From: Candidatus Binatia bacterium
Lineage (GTDB): Bacteria > Desulfobacterota > Binatia > UBA9968 > JAJDTQ01
Length of the DNA: 64,000 nucleotides
Reading direction: 5' to 3'
NCBI GenBank assembly: GCA_963666515.2
Contig: OY762897.2
Coordinates: 352,001 to 416,000, forward strand
The notes beneath the pieces are model-generated. The model did not search any database, was not told the DNA's origin, and was given only the letters and a program-made list of their open reading frames with translations. Of the stretch, positions 28,200-37,234 are shown piece after piece. Within the stretch, counting starts at the first letter, position 1. Every line of letters begins with the position of its first letter. Position numbers and translations under genes: made by a program.

Positions 28200-29069
28200 T
28201 CACCCGTCGCCGTTGAGGCATTTCTTCGCGGCGCGGCGCAGCAGCACGCTGATGAGGTGGCGTTTGTACTCCGCGCTGCCTTCGCGGTCGTCGGTCAGGG
28301 TGGCTTCGTCGGCGAGGGCGTCGGCGGCTTCCTGAAGCCGCCCATCGAGCGAGTCCGCGGGGCCTGCAATGAGGCTTTCGGCGGCTGCCGACCGGCAAGG
28401 GGTGGGGCTCACGCAGCCTACGGCGCAACGGGCCTCGCGGATCTCTCCGCCGTCATCATCCAGCTCGACGGTCAGCGCCAGTCCGAGCAAGGGCCGCTCG
28501 TGGACCTGGAACTTGAGGTAGGCGGAACGCTGTGACGGCGCCGGCAGCGGCACGTCCACGCCGGTCAGGACCTCGTCCTGGGCCAGGGAGTTCTCGTAGG
28601 CTCCGGCCAGCAACTCGTCCATAGCGAGCGTCCGCTCGCCCGACTTTCCCTGTGCCCGGGCGGTGCCGCCCAGCGCCAGCAACAGGGTGGCCGGATCGGA
28701 GTGGGGCTCGGCGAAGCACAGGTTTCCGCCCAGCGTGCCGGTGGCGCGCACGCGCACGTTGGCGACGTTGGCCGCCATTTCGGCCATCACCGGCAACAGA
28801 TCGCGAACCACGGCGGAACATTCGATGGTCCGGTGAGTGGCGCCGGCGCCGATGTGCAGGTGCCCGTCCCGGCGTTCGATGCCGTCGAGTCCGGCCACGG
28901 CCTTGATGTCGATCAGGTGCTCGTAGCGCAGCAGGTCGTGGCGCATGGCCAGCAGCAGCTCGGTGCCGCCGGCGTACAGGGTGCCGTTGTCACCATAGTG
29001 GTCGAGCATCTCCGCAGCCTCGCCGAGATCGGCCGGCCGGTGGATGGCGAAACGTCGCAACGGCATCAT
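28200..29069 (-). CDS. Xanthine dehydrogenase family FAD-binding (medium) subunit
   Basis: AGGTEL, VRVRATGTLGGN, SD. Confidence 0.9.
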   Translation of the reverse strand: MMPLRRFAIHRPADLGEAAEMLDHYGDNGTLYAGGTELLLAMRHDLLRYEHLIDIKAVAGLDGIERRDGHLHIGAGATHRTIECSAVVRDLLPVMAEMAANVANVRVRATGTLGGNLCFAEPHSDPATLLLALGGTARAQGKSGERTLAMDELLAGAYENSLAQDEVLTGVDVPLPAPSQRSAYLKFQVHERPLLGLALTVELDDDGGEIREARCAVGCVSPTPCRSAAAESLIAGPADSLDGRLQEAADALADEATLTDDREGSAEYKRHLISVLLRRAAKKCLNGDG

Positions 29070-31366
29070 GACTTGTTCTCTCCCCGGGCGGCGCGCGCTT
29101 CACGGATGGCGCGCCAGACCTTTTCCGGCGTGAGCGGCGCCCGGCGGATGCGCGCGCCGGTGGCGGCGTAGACCGCATTGGCGATGTTGGCGGGCAGCGA
29201 GTTCAGAGAGGCCTCGCCGCCGCCCTTGGCGCCGTAGGGGCCCACTCCGTCGCGGTTCTGCACCAGCTCCAGTTTCACCGTGCGCGGCATGTCGGAGAAG
29301 CGCGGCAGGCGGTACTCCAGCAGGTTGCCGTTGAGGAGTTGGTTGCGGTCGAACTCCAGCTCCTCGAACATGCCGATGCCCATGCCGGTGGTGGCGGCGC
29401 CGATGTCCTGGCCCTCGGCCAGGGCCGGGTTGATGGCCAGCCCCACGTCGCCGGCGGTGCCGAGCTTCTCCATGGTGACCTTGCCGGTCTCCTCGTCCAC
29501 AGACACCTCGATGCCGGTGGAGGCGGCCTCCCAGAAGACCGGCAATTGGGCGAAGTCGCCGTCCTTGCGGATGTAGGCGCGGCCGATGACCTCGCCGTCG
29601 GGCAGGCGGTAGTAGCGCGTGAGCACCTCGGACCAGGTGAGACGCGCCTCGCCGCAGGTGATGCCGCCGCGGACCGTTTGAATCTCGGATTCCTGCACCC
29701 CCAGCACGTCCGCGGCCATGCGCACCATCTGCTCCATGGCCTCCCGACTGGCCTCCTGTACCGCCCGCCCCATGAGGGTGGTGGTGCGGCTGGCGCCGGT
29801 GGAACGGTCGTAGGGGGTGATGGCGGTGTCCGAGGAAACCACCCGGACCAGGTCGAAGGGGACACCGAGCTCCTCGGCGACGATCTGCGGCAGCACCGTG
29901 TGGCTGCCCTGGCCCAGCTCGGTGCTGCCGACCATCAGCGAGGCCGAGCCGTCGGCGTGCACGCGCACGGCAGTGGAGGTGAGAGGATAGGCGCCGGCGT
30001 CGCTGGCGGAGCAGCCGATGCTGCGGCCGTGGCCGCTGGGCAGCGGGTCCTTCCAGCCGAGGTTGTCGGCGACGATCTTGAGGTCTTCCGTGAGGGTGCC
30101 GTCGAACGGACGCATGCCGGGGAAGAACTCCTGCTTCGGCTTCGCCGCGTTGTGCACGCGGAACTCGTACGGATCCATGCCGATCTTGGCCGCCAGCTCG
30201 TCGATCTGGGACTCGCCGGCCATGGTCACTTGGGCGCAGCCGAAGCCCCGGAAGGAGCTGGCCGGCACGGTGTTGGTGTAGACCATCTGGTTGTCGATCT
30301 GCACGTTGGGGATGGCGTAGGGGCCGACGCAGCGGTTGGACGACTTCTCGCACACCAGCGGGCTGTTCTCCGCGTAGGCGCCGGTGTTCATGTAGATCTT
30401 CGCTTGGCGCGCGATGATCTTGCCGTCGGCGTCCACCGCGGTGCGCATCCAGGTGAGGGCGTCGTCGCCGCGGGTGGTGAGCATGGCCTCTTCCACGCTG
30501 AGCTGCAGCTTCACCGGGCGCCGCGCTTTCCACGCGCACGCCGACACCAGCGGCTCGATCTTGGTGTAGGACTTGCTGCCGTAGCCGCCGCCCACGAACG
30601 GCACGATCAGGCGGATCTGGCTCACCGGCATGTCGAAGATGGTCTTGAGGTCGTGGCGCACCATGAACGGGTGCTGGGCCGACGAGTAGATGGTGACGCC
30701 CTGGTCGCCCACCTCGGCGATGGCCACGTAGGGCTCCATGGCGTAGGCGTAGGCCATGGGGAAGTAGTACTCGCCCTCCACCACCGCGGCGGCCTTGGCG
30801 AACGCCTCGTCCACGTCGCCCCACTTGACGTGGTGCTCCTGGCACAGGTTGGTGCCGCGGCCCGCGGTGACCTCGCCCTCGAAGCCGCGCAGGGCGCCGG
30901 CCTCGAACTCGCGCTGGTGCAGCAGCGGCGCGGACGGGTCCAGCGCCTCCTGGGGCTCCATCACCGCCGACAACTCCTCGTACTCGACGTGGATGAACTC
31001 CAGCGCCTCGTAGGCAGTAAGCTCGTCCTCGGCGATGACCGCGGCCACGGGCTCGCCGGCGTAGCGCACCTTGTCGATGGCCACCAGCGGGTGGTCCTTG
31101 ACGGCGTGGCCGAAGTAGGGATTCAGCCCCTCCAGGTCGTCGCCCCGCAGCACGTTGTAGACGCCGGGGTGGGCCTCGGCCTTCGACGTGTCCATGGAGA
31201 CGATGCGGGCGTGGGCGTAGGGGCTCCGCAGCACCTTGGCGTAGGCCATGCCCGGGAGCTTGACGTCGCTCACGTAGAGCGCCCGGCCGGACACCTTGGC
31301 GCGGCCGTCGCGGCGCGGCACCGAGCGGTTGACCACCTCGAAGTCGCGGCTCCTGTCGTCGCTCAT
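29066..31366 (-). CDS. Xanthine dehydrogenase family molybdopterin-binding (large) subunit
   Basis: LRSPYAHA, GGGYGSK, SFRGFG, ELGQG, AKGGGE; start MSDDRS. Confidence 0.92.
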   Translation of the reverse strand: MSDDRSRDFEVVNRSVPRRDGRAKVSGRALYVSDVKLPGMAYAKVLRSPYAHARIVSMDTSKAEAHPGVYNVLRGDDLEGLNPYFGHAVKDHPLVAIDKVRYAGEPVAAVIAEDELTAYEALEFIHVEYEELSAVMEPQEALDPSAPLLHQREFEAGALRGFEGEVTAGRGTNLCQEHHVKWGDVDEAFAKAAAVVEGEYYFPMAYAYAMEPYVAIAEVGDQGVTIYSSAQHPFMVRHDLKTIFDMPVSQIRLIVPFVGGGYGSKSYTKIEPLVSACAWKARRPVKLQLSVEEAMLTTRGDDALTWMRTAVDADGKIIARQAKIYMNTGAYAENSPLVCEKSSNRCVGPYAIPNVQIDNQMVYTNTVPASSFRGFGCAQVTMAGESQIDELAAKIGMDPYEFRVHNAAKPKQEFFPGMRPFDGTLTEDLKIVADNLGWKDPLPSGHGRSIGCSASDAGAYPLTSTAVRVHADGSASLMVGSTELGQGSHTVLPQIVAEELGVPFDLVRVVSSDTAITPYDRSTGASRTTTLMGRAVQEASREAMEQMVRMAADVLGVQESEIQTVRGGITCGEARLTWSEVLTRYYRLPDGEVIGRAYIRKDGDFAQLPVFWEAASTGIEVSVDEETGKVTMEKLGTAGDVGLAINPALAEGQDIGAATTGMGIGMFEELEFDRNQLLNGNLLEYRLPRFSDMPRTVKLELVQNRDGVGPYGAKGGGEASLNSLPANIANAVYAATGARIRRAPLTPEKVWRAIREARAARGENKS

Positions 31367-31863
31367 CCGCGCGCCTCCTTCATCACCGTTGCCGCCTTGC
31401 GGATGGCCTTCAGGATCGGCACGTATCCGGTGCAGCGGCAGAGGTTGCCGTCCATGTGGTGGATGATCTCGTCGTCGCTGGGGTCGGGGTTGTCGTCGAG
31501 CAGCGCCTTGGCGGACAGGATCATGCCCGGCGTGCAGAAACCGCACTGGAACGCGAACTCGTCGATGAAGCACTGCTGGATGGGATGCAGCGTGCGGTCG
31601 GGGCTCTCGAGCCCCTCGATGGTGGTGACGCGGTGCCCCTGAGCCTCGTAGGCCAGATAGGTGCAGGAACTGACCGGCAGGCCGTCCACCAGCACCGTGC
31701 ACGCGCCGCACACCTGCACCTCGCACGAGATCTTGGCGCCGGTCAGGTTCAGGCGGCCCCGGAGCACCTCCGACAGGGTCTGCTGCGGCTCGCACTCCAC
31801 GGCCACGTCCTTGCCGTTGAGCTCGAAGCGCAGCTCCACGGGAGCTGGTCTGTCGCTAGACAT
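31363..31863 (-). CDS. Xanthine dehydrogenase family 2Fe-2S (small) subunit
   Basis: CEVQVCGAC, QCGFC, NLCRC. Confidence 0.92.
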   Translation of the reverse strand: MSSDRPAPVELRFELNGKDVAVECEPQQTLSEVLRGRLNLTGAKISCEVQVCGACTVLVDGLPVSSCTYLAYEAQGHRVTTIEGLESPDRTLHPIQQCFIDEFAFQCGFCTPGMILSAKALLDDNPDPSDDEIIHHMDGNLCRCTGYVPILKAIRKAATVMKEARG

Positions 31864-32878
31864 AATGCGGTATGATCTCCTCGGACCAGAGCAGCATCTC
31901 CTTGTACATGGTGTCCATGTCCGGGTAGATGAGCTTCAGTTCGAAGTGCTCCACGCCGGCCTCGATGAACTCGTCGATGCGCCGGCGGACGTCGTCCACC
32001 GAGCCGATGATGTGGCGGTCCAGGGCGAACTGGATGTTGTCCACGTCGCGCTCGTAGGTGTGGGAGCTTTCGCGGATGGTGGGCAGCGCCAGGGTCATGG
32101 CCTCGTCCCGGGTGCGGGCGATGGCGGCCAGCTTCTCGACCGCGATCTTGATGCCGGCGGGGTCCCGTCCCGCCTCTTCAGCCGCATTTCTCAGGAGTTC
32201 GCAGCCCCGCGCCATCTCCTTGGGCGACAGCCACCCGGGGATCCAGCCCTCGCCGTAGCGCCCGGCGCGCACCGCGGCCTGGTCCATCCAGCCGCCCACC
32301 CACACCGGCGGATGCGGCTTCTGCACCGGCTTGGGGTGGATCTCGGCGTTGTCGAACTTGAGGTACTTGCCCTCGTAGGAGGCCATGGGCTGGGTCCAGA
32401 TGGCCTTCATGGCCTCAATGTACTCGTCGGTGCGGTTGCCCCGGCCCTTGATGGGCACCTCGAACACGTCGAACTCGCTGGAGTCGCGGGTAGCCTTGGA
32501 ACCCAGGCCCACGCCCACCAGCAGCCGCCCGTCGCACAGATGGTCCAGGGTGGCGCACTGCTTGGCCGCGTAGATGGGGTTGCGCAGCGGCATCACCAGG
32601 CAGGCCACGCCGATCTGGATGTTCTTCGTCTTGGCCGCCAGGTAGGACATGGTGGTCATGCACTCGAAGAAGTTGGCCTCCTGGGCGTCGTCCAGGGCTT
32701 CGGCGGCGCCCGACGAGATGTGGTGCCGGTGCATCTCCGAACTCCACACCACGTGGTCGTGGAGCCAGATGGTATCGAAGCCCAACTCCTCCGAGTTCTG
32801 CGCCGCCTTGACGATGTTCTCCTTGCTGGAGAGCGGCCCCGAGTTGGGCACCCGGATGCCGAATTCGAACTTCCCCAT
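31856..32878 (-). CDS. LLM class flavin/F420-dependent oxidoreductase
   Basis: GFDTIWLHDH, LDHLCDGRL, PKPVQKPHPPVWVGG. Confidence 0.88.
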   Translation of the reverse strand: MGKFEFGIRVPNSGPLSSKENIVKAAQNSEELGFDTIWLHDHVVWSSEMHRHHISSGAAEALDDAQEANFFECMTTMSYLAAKTKNIQIGVACLVMPLRNPIYAAKQCATLDHLCDGRLLVGVGLGSKATRDSSEFDVFEVPIKGRGNRTDEYIEAMKAIWTQPMASYEGKYLKFDNAEIHPKPVQKPHPPVWVGGWMDQAAVRAGRYGEGWIPGWLSPKEMARGCELLRNAAEEAGRDPAGIKIAVEKLAAIARTRDEAMTLALPTIRESSHTYERDVDNIQFALDRHIIGSVDDVRRRIDEFIEAGVEHFELKLIYPDMDTMYKEMLLWSEEIIPHYV

Positions 32879-32923
32879 GATCAATACTCCTCGCCCTCTG
32901 GTTTCAAACGGTACCGGTCCTTC

Positions 32924-33001
32924 GAGTTGGGTGGGGGTCAGGCACCGGGATGATGTTGGGTCCGCCCTTCTTCATCCCGGTGCCTGACCCCCACCCAACT
33001 C
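32924..33001. repeat. Perfect 30-bp inverted repeat with 18-bp spacer
   Basis: gagttgggtgggggtcaggcaccgggatga ... tcatcccggtgcctgacccccacccaactc. Confidence 0.9.
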
Positions 33002-33012
33002 CCATCTTTGTT

Positions 33013-33927
33013 CTACGGTTCGGTGATGCCGATGCGGTCGTATTTCAGGTGGCGGTTGTACCAGTCCACCACCTCGCCGGCGATCTGGTCGAAGTAGTCG
33101 TTGTAGACCCCGTAGTGGGTGGTCTTCTTCAGCATGACCAGCTTCTTGGGCTCTCCCGCCTTCTCGTACATGCGGACCGAGTGCTCCTCGGGCGTGGTGG
33201 CGTCGTACTCCACCGCGATGAACAGCACGCCCCGCGGCGAGATCTTGTGCACGACGTCTTCCGGGGCGTAGTCCAGGATGGCGTCGGCGCACTGCAGCGG
33301 CATCTGGTTGGGGATCTTGGACGCCACTTCCTTCTTGATGTTGGTGGTCACGCGCTCCGGCGTCTGAACCATGATCTCCTCGCGCGCCGCCACCAGCTCG
33401 CCGGAGCCGTTCAGCACCCGCACCCGGCGGTCTTCCTCGATGCGCTTGAGGTAGTCGATCCACTCGTACTCCCGGCGCATGGAGTGGAGCCAGTCGCGGC
33501 CGTTGCAGACGCCCAGGTAGCACACCACGGCCTTCACCCGCTCGTCGGTGCCGCCCACCAGCACGGCGTTGCCGCCGCCGGTGCCGCCGGAGCCGTAGGT
33601 GGCGATGCGGTCGGAGTCCACGTCGTCGCGGGTCTCCATGTAGGTGATGGCGTTGCGGATGTCCTCCGCCTGCCAGGTGGGCATGACCCAGCCCTTTTGC
33701 GGGCCTTCGCTCTGGCCCCAGCCGCGGTAGTCGAAGCACAGGCAGGCGTAGCCCGCCTCGCACAAACGCTCGAACATCAGGATGTAGTGCTTGGCGTCCT
33801 TGAGGCCCAGAAAGCCCGGGCCCTGGACGATGCCCGGCCAGGGCTTCCCCTCGTCTCCGTCCGGCAGGTACACGGTACCGTGCACCTTGTAGCCCTCGCT
33901 GTAGAAAGTGACGTCCTCTGTTCGCAT
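33013..33927 (-). CDS. Alpha/beta-fold hydrolase
   Basis: FDYRGWGQSEG, EYD, THY; start MRTEDV. Confidence 0.82.
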   Translation of the reverse strand: MRTEDVTFYSEGYKVHGTVYLPDGDEGKPWPGIVQGPGFLGLKDAKHYILMFERLCEAGYACLCFDYRGWGQSEGPQKGWVMPTWQAEDIRNAITYMETRDDVDSDRIATYGSGGTGGGNAVLVGGTDERVKAVVCYLGVCNGRDWLHSMRREYEWIDYLKRIEEDRRVRVLNGSGELVAAREEIMVQTPERVTTNIKKEVASKIPNQMPLQCADAILDYAPEDVVHKISPRGVLFIAVEYDATTPEEHSVRMYEKAGEPKKLVMLKKTTHYGVYNDYFDQIAGEVVDWYNRHLKYDRIGITEP

Positions 33928-33947
33928 GTGGCTCTCCCAAAGAGCGC

Positions 33948-34937
33948 CTAGGCGCGCACCGCCGGCAGGACTTCCTTGCCCAGCAGCTCGATCTGCTCGT
34001 ACCAGTCCTCGTAACGGAACCGGAGGTCGTAGACGATGTGGTTGAGGCCGCCCTCCTCGTAGCGCTGCGTGTCGCGGACGATGTCCTCGGGCGTGCCGGC
34101 CAGCAGCAGTCCCTCGATGTCCTTCAGCTCGGAGAAGGTGCCGGACGCGGGTTTCACCCAGGTGGGCTTCTTGTTGCCCTCGTTGATGAGTCCGGGCGCG
34201 TTGACCTTGCTCACCGCGGTGTCCTTGTCCTTGGCGATGCTGGTGATGGGGATGGCGCCGGTGGTGACCATGGGCTTGCCGGCCTTGTCGCAAAGGTCGT
34301 GCAGGTACTTGATGCACTTGTGGAACGTGGCCAGCGGGATGCGCCCGGGCATCCAGCCGTCGCAGTAGTCCACCGCGCGCCGGCACGAAGCCGGGGTGCC
34401 GCCGCCGTACCAGATGGGGATGGGCGCCAGCGGCGTGGGCTTCAGCTCGACGTCCTCGAAAGAGTAGTACTCGTCCTCGTAGTTCACCTTCTCGCCGGCC
34501 CAGAGCCGCCGTACGAGGTTGGAGTTGACCTTGGCCATGTTGAAGCGGTCCTCGCGGGTGTTCTTGAGCCCCGCCGCGGCGAACTCGTGCTGGAACGTGC
34601 CCGCGCCGATGCCCATGATCACCTTGCCGTCGGCCAGGACGCTCAGGGCCGCCATGCACTGGGCGAGGTGGATCGGGTGCCGGTGGGAGATCATCGTACC
34701 GGTCCCCAGGATCAGCTTCTTGCACACCGACGAGATCGCCGACAGGATGGCGACGCATTCGATATGGGTGTTGTCCGTGCCCTCCATGCCGTGGGGCTCG
34801 AAGACCAGGTGGTCGCGCACCCAGACGGAATCGAAACCCAGCGACTCGGCCAGCTTCGATCCCTCGATGCACTTCTCCGCCGATCCCTGGTCCCCGAAAT
34901 GGGGCAGCAGCAGTCCGAACTTCAAGTTTGTCGCCAT
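33948..34937 (-). CDS. LLM class flavin/F420-dependent oxidoreductase
   Basis: GFDSVWVRDH, PIPIWYGG; RBS AAGGAGG. Confidence 0.88.
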   Translation of the reverse strand: MATNLKFGLLLPHFGDQGSAEKCIEGSKLAESLGFDSVWVRDHLVFEPHGMEGTDNTHIECVAILSAISSVCKKLILGTGTMISHRHPIHLAQCMAALSVLADGKVIMGIGAGTFQHEFAAAGLKNTREDRFNMAKVNSNLVRRLWAGEKVNYEDEYYSFEDVELKPTPLAPIPIWYGGGTPASCRRAVDYCDGWMPGRIPLATFHKCIKYLHDLCDKAGKPMVTTGAIPITSIAKDKDTAVSKVNAPGLINEGNKKPTWVKPASGTFSELKDIEGLLLAGTPEDIVRDTQRYEEGGLNHIVYDLRFRYEDWYEQIELLGKEVLPAVRA

Positions 34938-35117
34938 TCTCAAACCTCCTTGCGGTTTCTTGTGGTCGTTGACACGAAAAAAGGTTGCCGCCCCGCGCCA
35001 TCCGCGCGGTTCGGCTCACCTGCTCCAAGTGCTTGAATTGACGCCGGTTCAGGCGCCATTTCCGTGGGATTTCATGAACGAGCGAGCCTCATTTATAGAC
35101 ATCGCCCGCGACGGCTG

Positions 35118-36065
35118 TCAAGCGCGCCTCGATCGTGTGCCGCGCGCCGGTTCGGTGCGGACTCCGTGACGGGCCAGTGCGGCGCGCGCGCCGTCCAGGT
35201 GGGTGCGGCTTACCGGAACCACGTGTCCTCCGGAGAGCCGCAGCACAGTGCGATGGTCGCGTCTTGCCCAACCTTCGACGTGCGGGTAGGCGACCCAGTA
35301 GGAGCGATGTACGCGAACGCCCGAGTCGCCCAACTCGGCGACGGCGTCGGCGAAGCGCAGCAGAACGTTGCAGCGACCCACCGTGGTGACGACTTCCACG
35401 TAGTGGTCGCTCATCTTGAGATAGATGACGTCCCGGCCGACTTCGAGGGGCAGGCGGTCCAGGAACCTGGATGGCACTTCAGCGGGTTCCCCGCGGTCCG
35501 TCGCCGGGACCGTCGCGCCAGGTTCGGCGACTTCCGGTGAAGCCGGTTCCGCAACCGTGCCCGGACCATCGGCGGACCTGTTGTTGAGGCGTTGATCCAT
35601 CAGGTAATGGGCAACGGCGCCGCACAACAGCAGCAACAGCGTGATCAATGAATAAACCGCAGAGAAACCCCGGGCGGGGACATCCGGGCGGAACAGCGCG
35701 TCGACACCGTAGACGACGGCGGTGGATGGCATCGCCGCCACCAGCGCGGTCGCGGCTACCGCCAGCGCGATGAAACCCGGTGTTTGGAAACGCGTGAGGT
35801 AGAGGGTGACGACGTATTCGGCGTAGCACAGGGGAGCACACAAGACCGAGCACAGGATGGAGAAGGCAAGGCGCTCGGCCCACGTGAGGTCGCTCGTGCC
35901 CAAGAGACCGGCGGCGGCGGACAAGCCCAGGAAAATGCCGACCGCGAACAGGGCCCTTTTGAGCATGTAGGGCTTTAGCGCTTCACGATACGCGAATTCC
36001 CACTCGTGTCTCCCTGCGCCAGTCAAATCGCTGTCGTCAACTGACGAAGAAGATGTATGCTCCAC
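35118..36065 (-). CDS. Membrane-anchored LytTR DNA-binding domain protein
   Basis: About four N-terminal hydrophobic helices; DHYV, RVHRSYWV, VPVSR; no receiver domain. Confidence 0.82.
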   Translation of the reverse strand: MEHTSSSSVDDSDLTGAGRHEWEFAYREALKPYMLKRALFAVGIFLGLSAAAGLLGTSDLTWAERLAFSILCSVLCAPLCYAEYVVTLYLTRFQTPGFIALAVAATALVAAMPSTAVVYGVDALFRPDVPARGFSAVYSLITLLLLLCGAVAHYLMDQRLNNRSADGPGTVAEPASPEVAEPGATVPATDRGEPAEVPSRFLDRLPLEVGRDVIYLKMSDHYVEVVTTVGRCNVLLRFADAVAELGDSGVRVHRSYWVAYPHVEGWARRDHRTVLRLSGGHVVPVSRTHLDGARAALARHGVRTEPARGTRSRRA

Positions 36066-36227
36066 GATGCACCAACCGTTCCAGTACGGTTAGGGTTAGG
36101 GGATGTCGGTGGCGATGTCAACCAGCGCTCCCGCGTTCTTGTGGTCGCGTTGGAATTCGTCTAAGAAGCACCGAAAAACGAGGAGGGACGCCGGCCGTGC
36201 GCGCCGGGCGGCCCAGCGGAGGAACCG

Positions 36228-37175
36228 ATGAGCGACTTTTACAGTGAATGGCTGGATACGACCCAACGGAACGAGGAGTTCGTGGAGAACGCGCCGCGGG
36301 TGGCGCGCCACAAGGAGCTGGATTGGGTCAAGACGCGCCAGGACGCCAGCGCGGCGCTGATGATCGCGCCCGAACTGGGCTTTCCCACCGGCGGCAGCAT
36401 GATGATGCGGGCCGAGATTCCCGTGGGGTGGCACACCGGGCGCCACAGCCACGGCGAGGAGGCCATCTACGTGGAGAGCGGCACCGGCTTCATGGTGCTG
36501 GACGGCAAGCGCTACGACTTCGGTCCGGGCACCGTCCTGCACGTGCCCTACCGGTCCGAGCACCAGTTGTTCAACACCGGCGACGTCCCGGTGGGCTACA
36601 TCTCAGGGCTGGCCTGGCACCTGGAGGCTTCGGTGTACATGGGCCGCATGGAACAGCTCGAGGACTGCGGCGCCAACGACCCGGCGGCGCTGGCCGCCAT
36701 CGGCCCGGAGGAATCCCAGGACTGGCCGGAGGACGGCCGGCGCATCTCCATGCACCAGGACCAGCACGAGCTGTCGGCCGAGTCCAAGCACGGCGCCACC
36801 TACTTCCTCATGGGCCGCAGCGGCAACCGCAACGGCTTCAAGGCCACGGCCGCGGCCATCAGCTCCATCTTCGTCGAGCTGCCGCGCTCCAAGAGCCACA
36901 GCCACGCCCACCCGGAGGCCTACCTGTACGCGCTGCAGGGCGCGGGCTACTCGGAGATCGGCGGCAAGCAGTACACCTGGGAGCAAGGCGACGCGGTCCA
37001 CGTCCCCCCGGGCATGATGCACCACCAGCATTTCAACCCCAGCGACGGCGAGACCCGCGAGTTGCGGTTCGAGTTCGGCATCCGCTACTGGCTGGTGGAC
37101 CAGTGGAAGGGCTACACCACCATCGACAAGCACCTGAAGGCCATGTCGATGGACGAGGACGACGAGGACAAGTAG
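36228..37175 (+). CDS. Bicupin domain protein
   Basis: HSHGEE...EHQ and HAHPE...HQH cupin motifs. Confidence 0.85.
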   Translation: MSDFYSEWLDTTQRNEEFVENAPRVARHKELDWVKTRQDASAALMIAPELGFPTGGSMMMRAEIPVGWHTGRHSHGEEAIYVESGTGFMVLDGKRYDFGPGTVLHVPYRSEHQLFNTGDVPVGYISGLAWHLEASVYMGRMEQLEDCGANDPAALAAIGPEESQDWPEDGRRISMHQDQHELSAESKHGATYFLMGRSGNRNGFKATAAAISSIFVELPRSKSHSHAHPEAYLYALQGAGYSEIGGKQYTWEQGDAVHVPPGMMHHQHFNPSDGETRELRFEFGIRYWLVDQWKGYTTIDKHLKAMSMDEDDEDK

Positions 37176-37196
37176 GGGCGGGTTTCAAACCCGCCC
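37172..37196 (+). repeat. GTAG-type REP, family C
   Basis: GTAGgggcgggtttcaaacccgccc; supplies the TAG stop of the cupin gene. Confidence 0.7.
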
Positions 37197-37234
37197 GCGC
37201 CAGGAATGCTCCGCCAGCGCGCTCGCGCGGACGG

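Noticed and set aside
29066-31366. Aerobic CO dehydrogenase CoxL
   Set aside because: Lacks the AYxCSFR and AYRGAGR loops; gene order is S-L-M
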